Origin: Candidatus Latescibacterota bacterium
Lineage (GTDB): Bacteria; Latescibacterota; UBA2968; UBA8231
Direction of reading: 5' to 3'
DNA length: 64,000 bases
Assembly (NCBI GenBank): GCA_965217585.1
Contig: OZ244561.1
Coordinates: 1,344,001 to 1,408,000 of the forward strand
In this document: piece by piece, positions 8,827 through 17,305 of the stretch
How the letters are laid out: each line of letters opens with the position of its first letter
How positions within the stretch are numbered: the stretch's first letter is position 1
Position numbers and translations under genes: made by a program
The notes under the pieces: model-generated
The model's database searches: none
What the model saw: only the letters and a program-made list of their open reading frames with translations
Told to the model about the DNA's origin: nothing

Positions 8827-10799
8827 AACATCCGAATCCTATTCCCGGTCATCCCCGTAAACCCATCGACGACCATCCAGAACCCTCCGGCGACGAACTG
8901 CCCCAGCACCATGCCGAGGAAAAACCACCGCGTCGCCTTGTACCCATTCGGCCCAGTGTACTTCAGCACGAGTGCCTTGACCAGCCACGCAAGGAAGATG
9001 CTGAACCAAACGCTATTGAGGATCCAAGTGCCGCTGGCCAGATAGCCCAGTGGATGGAAGGGCCACCACAAAAGATGGTGCCGCGCCCAGATCAACAGCG
9101 CCATAATCGCCGCGCCGACTCCGTTCCACAGCCAGCCATCCCAATTGGGGCCAGTCGGATTGAGCGCGAAGTTTTGCGCGACGCGAAACGGCTCCTTGGC
9201 AAACCACGCCCACGAGCCGTGGTAGTTATTCGCGCCGTAGTGGTAGCTCAGCACGAGAATCGTGCAAACCCCGCCCATCAGGCCAATGGCCATGGCCAGC
9301 CCGATCATCGCGAGGATGCGGTGCTTGTAGCGGCTCAGACCGTGCAACATGCGAATGCCATTGGCGCAGGGGGCCATCATAAAGACCAGCAGATCGCCGG
9401 CCCAAGCGAGGGTCATGCCCGTGGCCAGCACCCCAGCCACCCCGAGGGACGAGGAGCCAACGCTGGAAATGAGAAAGCCGCAGCCCGACATGCCCTGGAC
9501 GGCCGCGGCCAAACCAGCTTCGACGATCATCCGCGTCAGAGCCAAAAAGATGACAAACGCCCCGAACAGATAGACGAAAACCGCCCACAGCGGCAGGCCG
9601 GAGCGCCACAGCCACAGCGACATAACCGCCAAGCCCAGCGCAACCCCGAGGACCGCCGTGCGATAGGACAGCAACTCCTCGCCATCGGACCGCCCCTCCC
9701 GCCGCCAAAGGTGCTGCACCACGTGCCATATATGGACGCGCGCCGTCCACAGCCCCAAAATCACCATGACGATCATCGCGCCCATGGTCTGATGGCTCAG
9801 CAGGCCCATGGTCGGCCCATCAAAGGTGTGGCTGAAGATGTCGAGGTTTTCAGTACTCAAGATGCCGATGCGAGTGAAGATCACCTCCTCGGCTTTGACC
9901 AATAAATAGAAGAACCACAGACTGAAGGTGATATTGGCGTTGACCAGATAGGCCAGTCCCATCCACATGCAGTCGAAGCGCAGGTAAAACCGCACGGCGT
10001 CGTGGGCCAGCGGCAGTGAGTACGCAAAGTTGATGCGGCCGATAAACTCGTAGTAGTGGCTCAAGGCATTAACCCCGTGCAAGACAAACGGCACGGCCAG
10101 CCCCAGCCACATTGAGGGATTCTTCAGGAAGGGTTTGATTCGCGCAGGTGTCGCTTCGTCCTCGACCATGCCCAGCGGCACCTGCGTCAGCGGGTAGAGC
10201 AGTCGCTCGTGGTCCATCCACTGCCGCCGCAAGATGACCATCGAGCATACGACGACCACGTAGAACGCAGCCATAAACAGCAGCCACCACAAAAGCGGCT
10301 CCACCCAAACGCCCCAAGGGATCGCCGCACCTTCCGGCAGGCCCTCGTAAAAACCTTGAATGGCCTGGGCATCGTAGGGAATGAGCCAAGTGGGGACATG
10401 CGGGAGGAGCAACTCCTCCCAGTTGTTCTCCGGGCTGGCAAAGTAGAAGATGCCGGTCAGAATCGGCACGGCAATGCTGATAAACCCTCGCGCGGCAATG
10501 GCGGTAGTAATCATCATCATCACCGCAATGCTCAACAATTCGGCGCGGCTGAAAAGCCAGTCCTGCCGCACCAGGCCGAGCAGCGGCTGCACGAAGGCCA
10601 CGAGCAAAAAGAGCAAGAAAAAGGCGGCTGGCGTCGAGGAATTCAGCCCGAGTTGGGTGCCGTTGAGGACGAATTCCCCGTACGGCAGGCCCACGGCAAT
10701 CGCGCCGCACAGCACGGCCCCCACGAGCATGGCGCGCACGCTGATTCCGGCGCGGTCCGCGGATTTTCTTGAAGCGTCCATAGAGGGCTGCTCGCTCAA
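8823..10799 (-). CDS. Polytopic membrane protein, DUF6785/DUF6784-like putative transporter
   Basis: Many TM helices; RRQWMDHERLLYPL and WWPFHPLGY motifs. Confidence 0.75.
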   Translation of the reverse strand: MSEQPSMDASRKSADRAGISVRAMLVGAVLCGAIAVGLPYGEFVLNGTQLGLNSSTPAAFFLLFLLVAFVQPLLGLVRQDWLFSRAELLSIAVMMMITTAIAARGFISIAVPILTGIFYFASPENNWEELLLPHVPTWLIPYDAQAIQGFYEGLPEGAAIPWGVWVEPLLWWLLFMAAFYVVVVCSMVILRRQWMDHERLLYPLTQVPLGMVEDEATPARIKPFLKNPSMWLGLAVPFVLHGVNALSHYYEFIGRINFAYSLPLAHDAVRFYLRFDCMWMGLAYLVNANITFSLWFFYLLVKAEEVIFTRIGILSTENLDIFSHTFDGPTMGLLSHQTMGAMIVMVILGLWTARVHIWHVVQHLWRREGRSDGEELLSYRTAVLGVALGLAVMSLWLWRSGLPLWAVFVYLFGAFVIFLALTRMIVEAGLAAAVQGMSGCGFLISSVGSSSLGVAGVLATGMTLAWAGDLLVFMMAPCANGIRMLHGLSRYKHRILAMIGLAMAIGLMGGVCTILVLSYHYGANNYHGSWAWFAKEPFRVAQNFALNPTGPNWDGWLWNGVGAAIMALLIWARHHLLWWPFHPLGYLASGTWILNSVWFSIFLAWLVKALVLKYTGPNGYKATRWFFLGMVLGQFVAGGFWMVVDGFTGMTGNRIRMF

Positions 10800-11764
10800 C
10801 TTAGCGCGACTCGCCGCCCCTCCGCCGCAGCCACCTCTGCGCCCAGCCCAATGCGGATGGCTTCAAGGGCCGTATCCAAGTCGGCGCGCCAGCCGTGCCC
10901 ACCGCGCACTTCCTCTAGAAATAGGCTCTCCAGCGAGTACTCGTCGTCGCCGGGCGGAGGCAGCGGCTCTGCGCCAGCCGCCGTCGAGCGGCACCAACCG
11001 CCGGCTTCGTACACCAGCGTCCCCCCCTCTAGAACCAAGTGCTCGTACTGCTCGGCGCGGCTAATGGCAATACCTCCAGCCCAAGTCCACTGCGCCGTGC
11101 CGCCCCCGGCAAAACCCACCACCGCGCGGCTGACAAAGCGCTCGTACGCGCCGTCGGCATTCAGGCCGTTGTAGTGGGCATAGCCCTCGACCCAAGCAGC
11201 CGGGCCGAACAAATCGACCAGCGGATAGACATGATAGACGAAAAACAAAGTCGGTGGCCCAGAAACGTGCAGGTTGAACAGCACCTCGGGGCGCACCCCT
11301 CGTCCCGGGGTCAAGCGCGTAAACAAGGCGACCAATAAGTTGCCGAGGGAATCCACCGCCTCTTTGAGCTGCCGATGCTCGGCCGATACCACTTCAGGAT
11401 GGGCTACGCGCAGCACCTTGCCGGTCGCCCGCGCCAAGTCCACCAAGGCTTCCCCTTCGTCGAGGCGGCGCGCCAAGGGGTATTCCAAGAAGACGTGTTT
11501 GCCCGCTTTTAGGGCAGCTGCGGCAATGGGGGCGTGGCTGTCGTTGTTGGTGCAGATTGCCACCGCGTCTATATCGGCTCTCTCGATCAGGGCCTGCCAA
11601 TGGCCCAGCAACTCCACCTCGTGCCGCTGGGCCAGTTCGGCCGCGGTGCGCACGTTGCGGGAGGCTAGGGCTGCTAGCTTACAGCCCTCCATGGCCGCAA
11701 AAGCGGCAGCCCGGCTTCGGGCCATGCCACCCGATCCGACTAAACCCAAGCGAATAGCTTCCAT
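10796..11764 (-). CDS. Gfo/Idh/MocA oxidoreductase
   Basis: GLVGSGGMA Rossmann motif; GKHVFLEYP. Confidence 0.9.
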   Translation of the reverse strand: MEAIRLGLVGSGGMARSRAAAFAAMEGCKLAALASRNVRTAAELAQRHEVELLGHWQALIERADIDAVAICTNNDSHAPIAAAALKAGKHVFLEYPLARRLDEGEALVDLARATGKVLRVAHPEVVSAEHRQLKEAVDSLGNLLVALFTRLTPGRGVRPEVLFNLHVSGPPTLFFVYHVYPLVDLFGPAAWVEGYAHYNGLNADGAYERFVSRAVVGFAGGGTAQWTWAGGIAISRAEQYEHLVLEGGTLVYEAGGWCRSTAAGAEPLPPPGDDEYSLESLFLEEVRGGHGWRADLDTALEAIRIGLGAEVAAAEGRRVALS

Positions 11765-12052
11765 TTGCCAAATTCCCTTGCCAAATTCTCGGATTCTAAC
11801 TGTGAGTTAAGTATGTCTCTTGGCCATCACCGTGTCCACTTTGGCCCCCAAATTGCGATTAATCGTCAAAACAGGCAGCCACACGTGCGCGTCTCTTCCC
11901 TCGACGACGCCTAATCGCCGAGTTGGAAATGTCGAGCTACAAATCGATCCTAAAGACGCGGTCGTCCAGAAGTACGTTCACGTCGTATATTAGCTCAGGG
12001 TCTATGTAGCACTAAAAGCGATACATCGGAAGTATCAAACGAAAGGAAAAAC

Positions 12053-12268
12053 GTGAAGATCAACTACTTTGAAGATACGGACACCGCTTTTATCGAATTC
12101 ACTTCAGAACGTGTCGCTGAGACTCGGGAATTGTGCGAGAACATCCATATAGACCTCGACAAGCATGGGAACCTCGTCTCCATGAAGGTTGAGCACGCCA
12201 AGAAGAGTGCCAACATCCTAGAATTGACCTTCGAGCGTCAAGAAAAAAGTCCTGATCAATCGGTCTAA
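12053..12268 (+). CDS. DUF2283 family protein (putative antitoxin, orphan)
   Basis: KINYFEDTDTAFIEF...IDLDKHGNLVSM pattern; AAAGGA SD; no intact toxin adjacent. Confidence 0.8.
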   Translation: MKINYFEDTDTAFIEFTSERVAETRELCENIHIDLDKHGNLVSMKVEHAKKSANILELTFERQEKSPDQSV

Positions 12269-12286
12269 AGCCAGCATTCACAAACC

Positions 12287-12423
12287 CTACAACGCCCCCC
12301 GATGCTCCCTGCGAATGGCCTCGCACAAGCGCATGGTATGCACGGCATCATCCAAGTTCGACCACGGAGTGCGGTCCTCCAGAATACAATCGACAAAGTG
12401 GACTACCTCGTTGAAACCGGCCC
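12287..12423 (-). repeat. Displaced copy of the 3' end of the oxidoreductase gene (direct repeat of 17306-17442)
   Basis: 130/137 identical by manual alignment, including the TAG stop. Confidence 0.95.
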
Positions 12424-12477
12424 GTATCCACTTTAGCCCCAATCTTGTCGACGCCACGCAATCGAAAAATCAGCATG

Positions 12478-12521
12478 CGTCGGGTTGAGCCCGCAAGAAT
12501 CAAAATCGCCCTTCCTGTATA
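12478..12521 (-). repeat. 44-bp inverted repeat, left copy (pairs with 16561-16604)
   Basis: Reverse complement TATACAGGAAGGGCGATTTTGATTCTTGCGGGCTCAACCCGACG versus TATAAAGGAAGGGTGATTTTGATTCTTGCGGGCGCAATCCGGCG; 39/44. Confidence 0.9.
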
Positions 12522-12687
12522 AAGCCGCTATATAGATCGCGCATTCTTTGAATGCCTCGCCTTCTTGGGTAGTCCGAGGGAACCCGACCCAACAGAGTTC
12601 GCGCCACTAGGTTGCCCCAGCATCCAGAAGCACGGTGATGACAAGAGCTATGGTCGTGCTGCACTGAAATGTCCAATTTTTATCATT

Positions 12688-12788
12688 CATAAATTAGACT
12701 AAAATCTATTATATCCTAATTTATGCTATATTTTGTATGGATACATGAAAATTAGTTCTTGACAAACCGTTGAATATAAGCGTATTTT
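12688..12788 (+). promoter_or_regulatory. Operator-like inverted repeat and probable promoter of the XRE gene
   Basis: CATAAATTAG-N18-CTAATTTATG (12688-12725); TTGACA(12759)-18 nt-TATTTT. Confidence 0.5.
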
Positions 12789-12834
12789 GAAGCCCTAATG
12801 ACTGGCACCCATGCAAACTTCAAGGAGCTTAGCC

Positions 12835-14118
12835 ATGCAAATTGATCCTGTTCGCCTCCGCACCCTACGCAAAGAGAGAAGCGGGTCCCGCCTCCAGCTT
12901 GCAAAACAATCTGGAATCAACGCGAGGACGATCCAACGCTTAGAAAAAGAACCGCAGCCATCCCGAAAGAGCACCCTGACTAGCTTAGCCAAGGCACTCG
13001 GCGTCGAACCGGGTGTGCTCACCGGCGAGTTGCCGCTTCCCGAGTTCGATAAGGTACCCGCCTCCGCCTCCAAGCAGGTCCAAATCAGTGCACAGATCAC
13101 GTCGAAGGCCCGGCTCGAATACGACCTCATCAAACACCTATATGGCGTCAGTGCCACAGAGCTCATCAATATGGCACCACTCTTCTTCGCACTTTTGGCC
13201 GAGGGAAGTCTTGCTTGGCGACGCGAGAGATTGAAAGAGCCGAAAGACGCGATTGATCGTTTGAGGCAAGCTAGCTGGAATGTGAGTTGCATTTCTGGCG
13301 CGTATGTCGCGAACGGAGGGGTCGCGGCAGAAGAAAATTCTATCTCCAAGACTGATCTATTCGGTGAACATCTGCTCAGTGATATCGATGACAAATTTTT
13401 ATTAGATGAATATGACGTCATTTACCTTTCCATATACAATCCGTTCGCCAGCTATTTGTGGAAATTGGAAAAGGAACTGGCCATCCCTGGCGTCATTGAT
13501 GTGGACAGTTACTCGATCAATGGGTATCCTGGCCTCGAACCGCCGTTAAAATTCCCCACCTACAACATCTGCCGCGACGAATTCGACGGCATAGCCAACG
13601 GTTCTAACTACGCCAAGATGGCTCTTAAAACCGGCCATGTGCGGATCTCCGAGATTCCCGAAGAACTAATGGCGGAAGATGCCGGTGAGGAGCGCGCGAA
13701 GTGGCTCGAAAAAAGAATGCCGGGTGTCATCAAGGATACGAACGAGGAGATAGAGGGCATACTTAGAGAATTTAACGTCAAGGATGACGATTATGCTCTT
13801 ATAATGAGGGAAGTAACTCAGTCTGGTAGCCTCGACGAATTAAAGCAGCTAGCATCCGGTCTTAGAAGCATCGAAGTGTCCGACGGTCTCTCAAAGGAGC
13901 GCAGAGAGGAGCTGGCAGAGAAGCTGATTACCCTAGGGACGTATCGAGAGGTGCTGGTCCGCAACGGCATTTTGGACCCGGAAGGCGACTTAAGGAAGCG
14001 CATAGAAGAGCATGACATAACCGACGAGGAATTGGATAGGCTGCTCGCAGATGAACCAGAAGAGGCGGACTCTCAAGAGACCAATTCCGACATTGAAGAA
14101 GGAGACGACGACCAATGA
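12835..14118 (+). CDS. XRE-family HTH protein with large unknown C-terminal region
   Basis: RLRTLRKER...QLAKQSGINARTIQRLE...LAKALGV HTH; AAGGAG SD before ATG 12835. Confidence 0.85.
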   Translation: MQIDPVRLRTLRKERSGSRLQLAKQSGINARTIQRLEKEPQPSRKSTLTSLAKALGVEPGVLTGELPLPEFDKVPASASKQVQISAQITSKARLEYDLIKHLYGVSATELINMAPLFFALLAEGSLAWRRERLKEPKDAIDRLRQASWNVSCISGAYVANGGVAAEENSISKTDLFGEHLLSDIDDKFLLDEYDVIYLSIYNPFASYLWKLEKELAIPGVIDVDSYSINGYPGLEPPLKFPTYNICRDEFDGIANGSNYAKMALKTGHVRISEIPEELMAEDAGEERAKWLEKRMPGVIKDTNEEIEGILREFNVKDDDYALIMREVTQSGSLDELKQLASGLRSIEVSDGLSKERREELAEKLITLGTYREVLVRNGILDPEGDLRKRIEEHDITDEELDRLLADEPEEADSQETNSDIEEGDDDQ

Positions 14119-14417
14119 ACAACGTCAGCTATACCCACCACGCTGAGACGCGTATGCAGCAGCGAGGCATTCGCGAAAAGGACATTCCACTCATTATCGC
14201 GCTGGGAACGCAGATTGACAACGAGACTTGGTTTATGCGCAATCGGGATGTTACCCGTGAGATCGAGAACCTCAAGAAGGAGATACACCGATTGGAACGC
14301 CTTGCGAACCGCAAGGTTGTGGTACGCAGCGGGCAGGTCATCACGGCCTATCTCTCACGACCAGCGGATCAGAAACGTACACTACGCCGCGGACGGCAGA
14401 AGGGGGTGGCAAAATGA
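14115..14417 (+). CDS. DUF4258 family putative RNase toxin
   Basis: YTHHAETRMQQRGI ... VITAY; ATGA overlap with the XRE gene. Confidence 0.75.
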   Translation: MNNVSYTHHAETRMQQRGIREKDIPLIIALGTQIDNETWFMRNRDVTREIENLKKEIHRLERLANRKVVVRSGQVITAYLSRPADQKRTLRRGRQKGVAK

Positions 14418-14470
14418 GCACGCCAATACTTATTTCCTTATCTCAATCGAAGCATAAAGGAGGAATATAG

Positions 14471-15097
14471 ATGGTTGAAAAATTAACTACCGGCACAGTG
14501 AAGCGGATGCTTGAGTGGTCCTACGATCAGGCTCTCTCAAGTCATGGACCCATCGATGGGGCGGTAGATCTAGCCGAGAGCTATAAAGGCCAGTATGGGG
14601 CCTTGAGAGAAGACGCGAATGCCCTAATTCGATGGCAAAACGTCAAAGCAGGAACTTCGGGTTTTATCGCGGGGGTTCCGGGCCTCACGGCGATGCCAAT
14701 TTCGCTCCCTGCGAATTTGACTAGCGTACTGTTCATCCAAATTCGCATGATTGCAGCCATAGCTCACTTAGGGGGCTATGACCTTAGAGATGACCGCGTA
14801 AAGGCGCTCTGTTTCGTTTGTCTTTGTGGTAATGGAGCGAGGACTATACTGAAAAACGTGGGAATAGAGATGGGCAGAAAGATGGCTACCGCGGCTCTCA
14901 AGCGGTTGCCTGGAAGGATTTTTATTGAAATCAACAAGAAAGTCGGCACCAGACTTCTGACCAAATTTGGAGAGAAGGGCATTATCAACGTAGGCAGGGC
15001 GATCCCGTTCATGGGAGGCTTCATTGGCGGCACGGTGGATTTGGCATGGACTAATGTCGTTGGCAACCAAGCCAGAGACACCTTCACTCCTGATTGA
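14471..15097 (+). CDS. EcsC family protein
   Basis: AGTSGFIAG, QIRMIAAIAHLGGYD, GRAIPFMGGFIGG motifs; AGGAGG SD. Confidence 0.8.
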   Translation: MVEKLTTGTVKRMLEWSYDQALSSHGPIDGAVDLAESYKGQYGALREDANALIRWQNVKAGTSGFIAGVPGLTAMPISLPANLTSVLFIQIRMIAAIAHLGGYDLRDDRVKALCFVCLCGNGARTILKNVGIEMGRKMATAALKRLPGRIFIEINKKVGTRLLTKFGEKGIINVGRAIPFMGGFIGGTVDLAWTNVVGNQARDTFTPD

Positions 15098-15445
15098 TGA
15101 ATACTCTACCAAGGATTGATCTTATGAATTAGATCGAGCTTGCTCACTTTGGCTCCTTTCTGGCCACCGGCTTGACATGTAGGGCGCTCTAAGCTACAGG
15201 CCGCATACATGGCCATAAAACAGTGGTTGTGTTGGCTACGCTCGCATTTTTTGGACTTCCGGGTCGGCATAGTCCCTAAAGGGTCTCATCCATGTGTTGC
15301 GCCCGATACAGTCGAACCCCGCACATCCCCGTCCTCCCCGCTGTGCTGCCGCCTTGGCATGGATATTGCAATTACGAATGGCCCCAACCGTCCCCTCCGG
15401 TTCGGACGGCTTGGCACGCTCTAATTCCTAATTCTCAATTCCTAA

Positions 15446-15649
15446 CTGACGTTACGCAGACTTATGTAGTGTCTGCCGCCTTGTTGCCCTGCCTGTCGTC
15501 ATTCCCGCGAAAGCGGGAATCCAGCCCAGCGCCCTAGCCTCAAACGGCCTTTCTGGATGCCTGCTTTCGCAGGCATGACACCGGGACCGCACAGGCACCA
15601 AGCGGGCGGAAGAGGCTGCCCTAAGAAGACAGAGGCTGCGTAACATCAG
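15446..15649. mobile_element. MITE, 204 bp, 14-bp TIRs, flanked by TTCCTAA direct repeats
   Basis: CTGACGTTACGCAG (15446-15459) and CTGCGTAACATCAG (15636-15649), 13/14; TTCCTAA at 15439-15445 and 15650-15656. Confidence 0.75.
15498..15579. repeat. REP/dRS3-like palindrome doublet in inverted orientation
   Basis: GTCATTCCCGCGAAAGCGGGAATCCAG ... CTGGATGCCTGCTTTCGCAGGCATGAC; the first matches ATTCCC-N8-GGGAAT. Confidence 0.85.
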
Positions 15650-15672
15650 TTCCTAATTCCCGATGGATCGCC

Positions 15673-16536
15673 ATGGCCGAATTTGACACTATCTCCAAAC
15701 ACCTCATTCACACCTACCCCCACGACTTCGCCCGCTTTGCCCTTCAGCACGACGACCTTGAGGTACTCGACGTCATCGACACCGAGCAACCCACCGTCGA
15801 AGCCCACCGCACCGATAGCCTCATCCGCGTGCGCGTCGGCGACGAGGAGGCGTTGGTCCATCACGAATTTCAAACCACCGACAGCACCCCGCCGATGCCG
15901 CGCCGGATGGTCGGCTACATCGGGCGCGGCATTGAGCAGCACGGCCTGCCGATCTACTCCAGCGTCATCTATCTACGTCCAGCGGCCGGCCGAACCGATC
16001 CGGGGCACCATATCCAAGAGCGGCACGGCTTCCGCGTGCTGGTGCAATACCAAGTGATTCGGCTGATAGAAATAGACGGCCAACGCATCCTCGACGCGGG
16101 GCACTCGGGCTTGCTGCCGTTTGCGCCGTTGATGCAGCGGCCGACGGGGGTGGATGCGGCGGCGTGGTTGCGCCAGTGTGTGAACCGGGCGCAGCAGGTG
16201 CCGATAGACGAGACTCTCAAGGCGAATTATCTGGCCGATCTTGCCATTTTGAGCGGGTTGGTGTATAAATTAGAAACGATTATGGCCATCATCGCGGAGG
16301 AGACCATGTACGAATCGTCGGTAGTGCAGTATTTCACGGAAAAGGGCATTGAGCAGGGAGGCCGAGAATTTCTCCTCGACGTGTTGGCCCTTCGCTTTCA
16401 GCCGGAGGATGTGCAACGGTTGACCAGCCGCATTGAGGCCATCGGGGATGTGCAGCGCCTCAAGCAGTTACATCGGGCGGCCATACAGGTCCCCAGCCTC
16501 GAAGCCTTTAGGCACCTGTTAGACGCCGACGAGTAG
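15673..16536 (+). CDS. Rpn/YhgA-like PD-(D/E)XK nuclease (putative transposase family)
   Basis: FDTISKHL, RTDSLI, HHEFQT, MPRRM..Y, EKGIEQG motifs. Confidence 0.85.
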   Translation: MAEFDTISKHLIHTYPHDFARFALQHDDLEVLDVIDTEQPTVEAHRTDSLIRVRVGDEEALVHHEFQTTDSTPPMPRRMVGYIGRGIEQHGLPIYSSVIYLRPAAGRTDPGHHIQERHGFRVLVQYQVIRLIEIDGQRILDAGHSGLLPFAPLMQRPTGVDAAAWLRQCVNRAQQVPIDETLKANYLADLAILSGLVYKLETIMAIIAEETMYESSVVQYFTEKGIEQGGREFLLDVLALRFQPEDVQRLTSRIEAIGDVQRLKQLHRAAIQVPSLEAFRHLLDADE

Positions 16537-16560
16537 GCCCGCCGCGCAACATCACTCATA

Positions 16561-16604
16561 TATAAAGGAAGGGTGATTTTGATTCTTGCGGGCGCAATCC
16601 GGCG
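16561..16604 (+). repeat. 44-bp inverted repeat, right copy
   Basis: Pairs with 12478-12521; begins 24 nt after the rpn stop codon. Confidence 0.9.
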
Positions 16605-16750
16605 ACCAAGCCTAGAGCTAGAAGAATAATCCTTGTAAGTGGGTCGCCCCCGCCATAAGCTATGTGTAGATACCCGCCGGCAGCGTGCTGTCGGCTCAAG
16701 GGCCGCTCTTCGGAGTGGCCCTTGCCCTATCTGCCCTTGCGGAGATTCCC

Positions 16751-17299
16751 ATGACGACCACCGATTTGATAACCGCCAACGAGTTATTGCAGATGAAGGA
16801 CGATGGCTTCCGCTATGAACTGGTCCGAGGAGAATTGATAAAAAGGAGTCCAGCCGGCCACCAACACGGTAGAATCGCGCTCAATTTCACCACGCCCTTG
16901 GACCAGTTCGTCCGGGCCAACCAACTAGGTGCCGTCTATGCGGCCGAAACCGGCTTCAAACTGGCCGAGGATCCCGATGTGGTGCGGGCCCCAGACGCGG
17001 CCTTCATCCGGCGCGAGCGGGTCGAGGTGGAGGGCCAAACCGAGGGCTTTTGGCCCGGTGCTCCCGACCTAGCGGCCGAGGTTGTCTCACCGGGCGATAC
17101 CTACGCCGAGGTCCAGGACAAGATCGCCGATTGGCTCGACGCTGGCACCCGCTTGGTCGTGGTCGTCAATCCAAGCACCCAAACGGTCGCTCTGCACCAC
17201 TCGCGGAGCGACATCCGCATCCTGACCACCGACGACGTACTCGACGGCGGCGAAGTGGTGCCGAACTGGACCCTGCCGGTGCGAGATATATTCATCTAA
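16751..17299 (+). CDS. Uma2 family endonuclease
   Basis: RYELVRGEL, VRAPDAAF, APDLAAEVVSP, WLDAGTRLV; GGAG SD. Confidence 0.9.
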   Translation: MTTTDLITANELLQMKDDGFRYELVRGELIKRSPAGHQHGRIALNFTTPLDQFVRANQLGAVYAAETGFKLAEDPDVVRAPDAAFIRRERVEVEGQTEGFWPGAPDLAAEVVSPGDTYAEVQDKIADWLDAGTRLVVVVNPSTQTVALHHSRSDIRILTTDDVLDGGEVVPNWTLPVRDIFI

Positions 17300-17305
17300 A
17301 TACCT

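Noticed and set aside
11765-12052. Possible toxin gene upstream of the DUF2283 gene
   Set aside because: Only short broken frames; no recognisable toxin motif.
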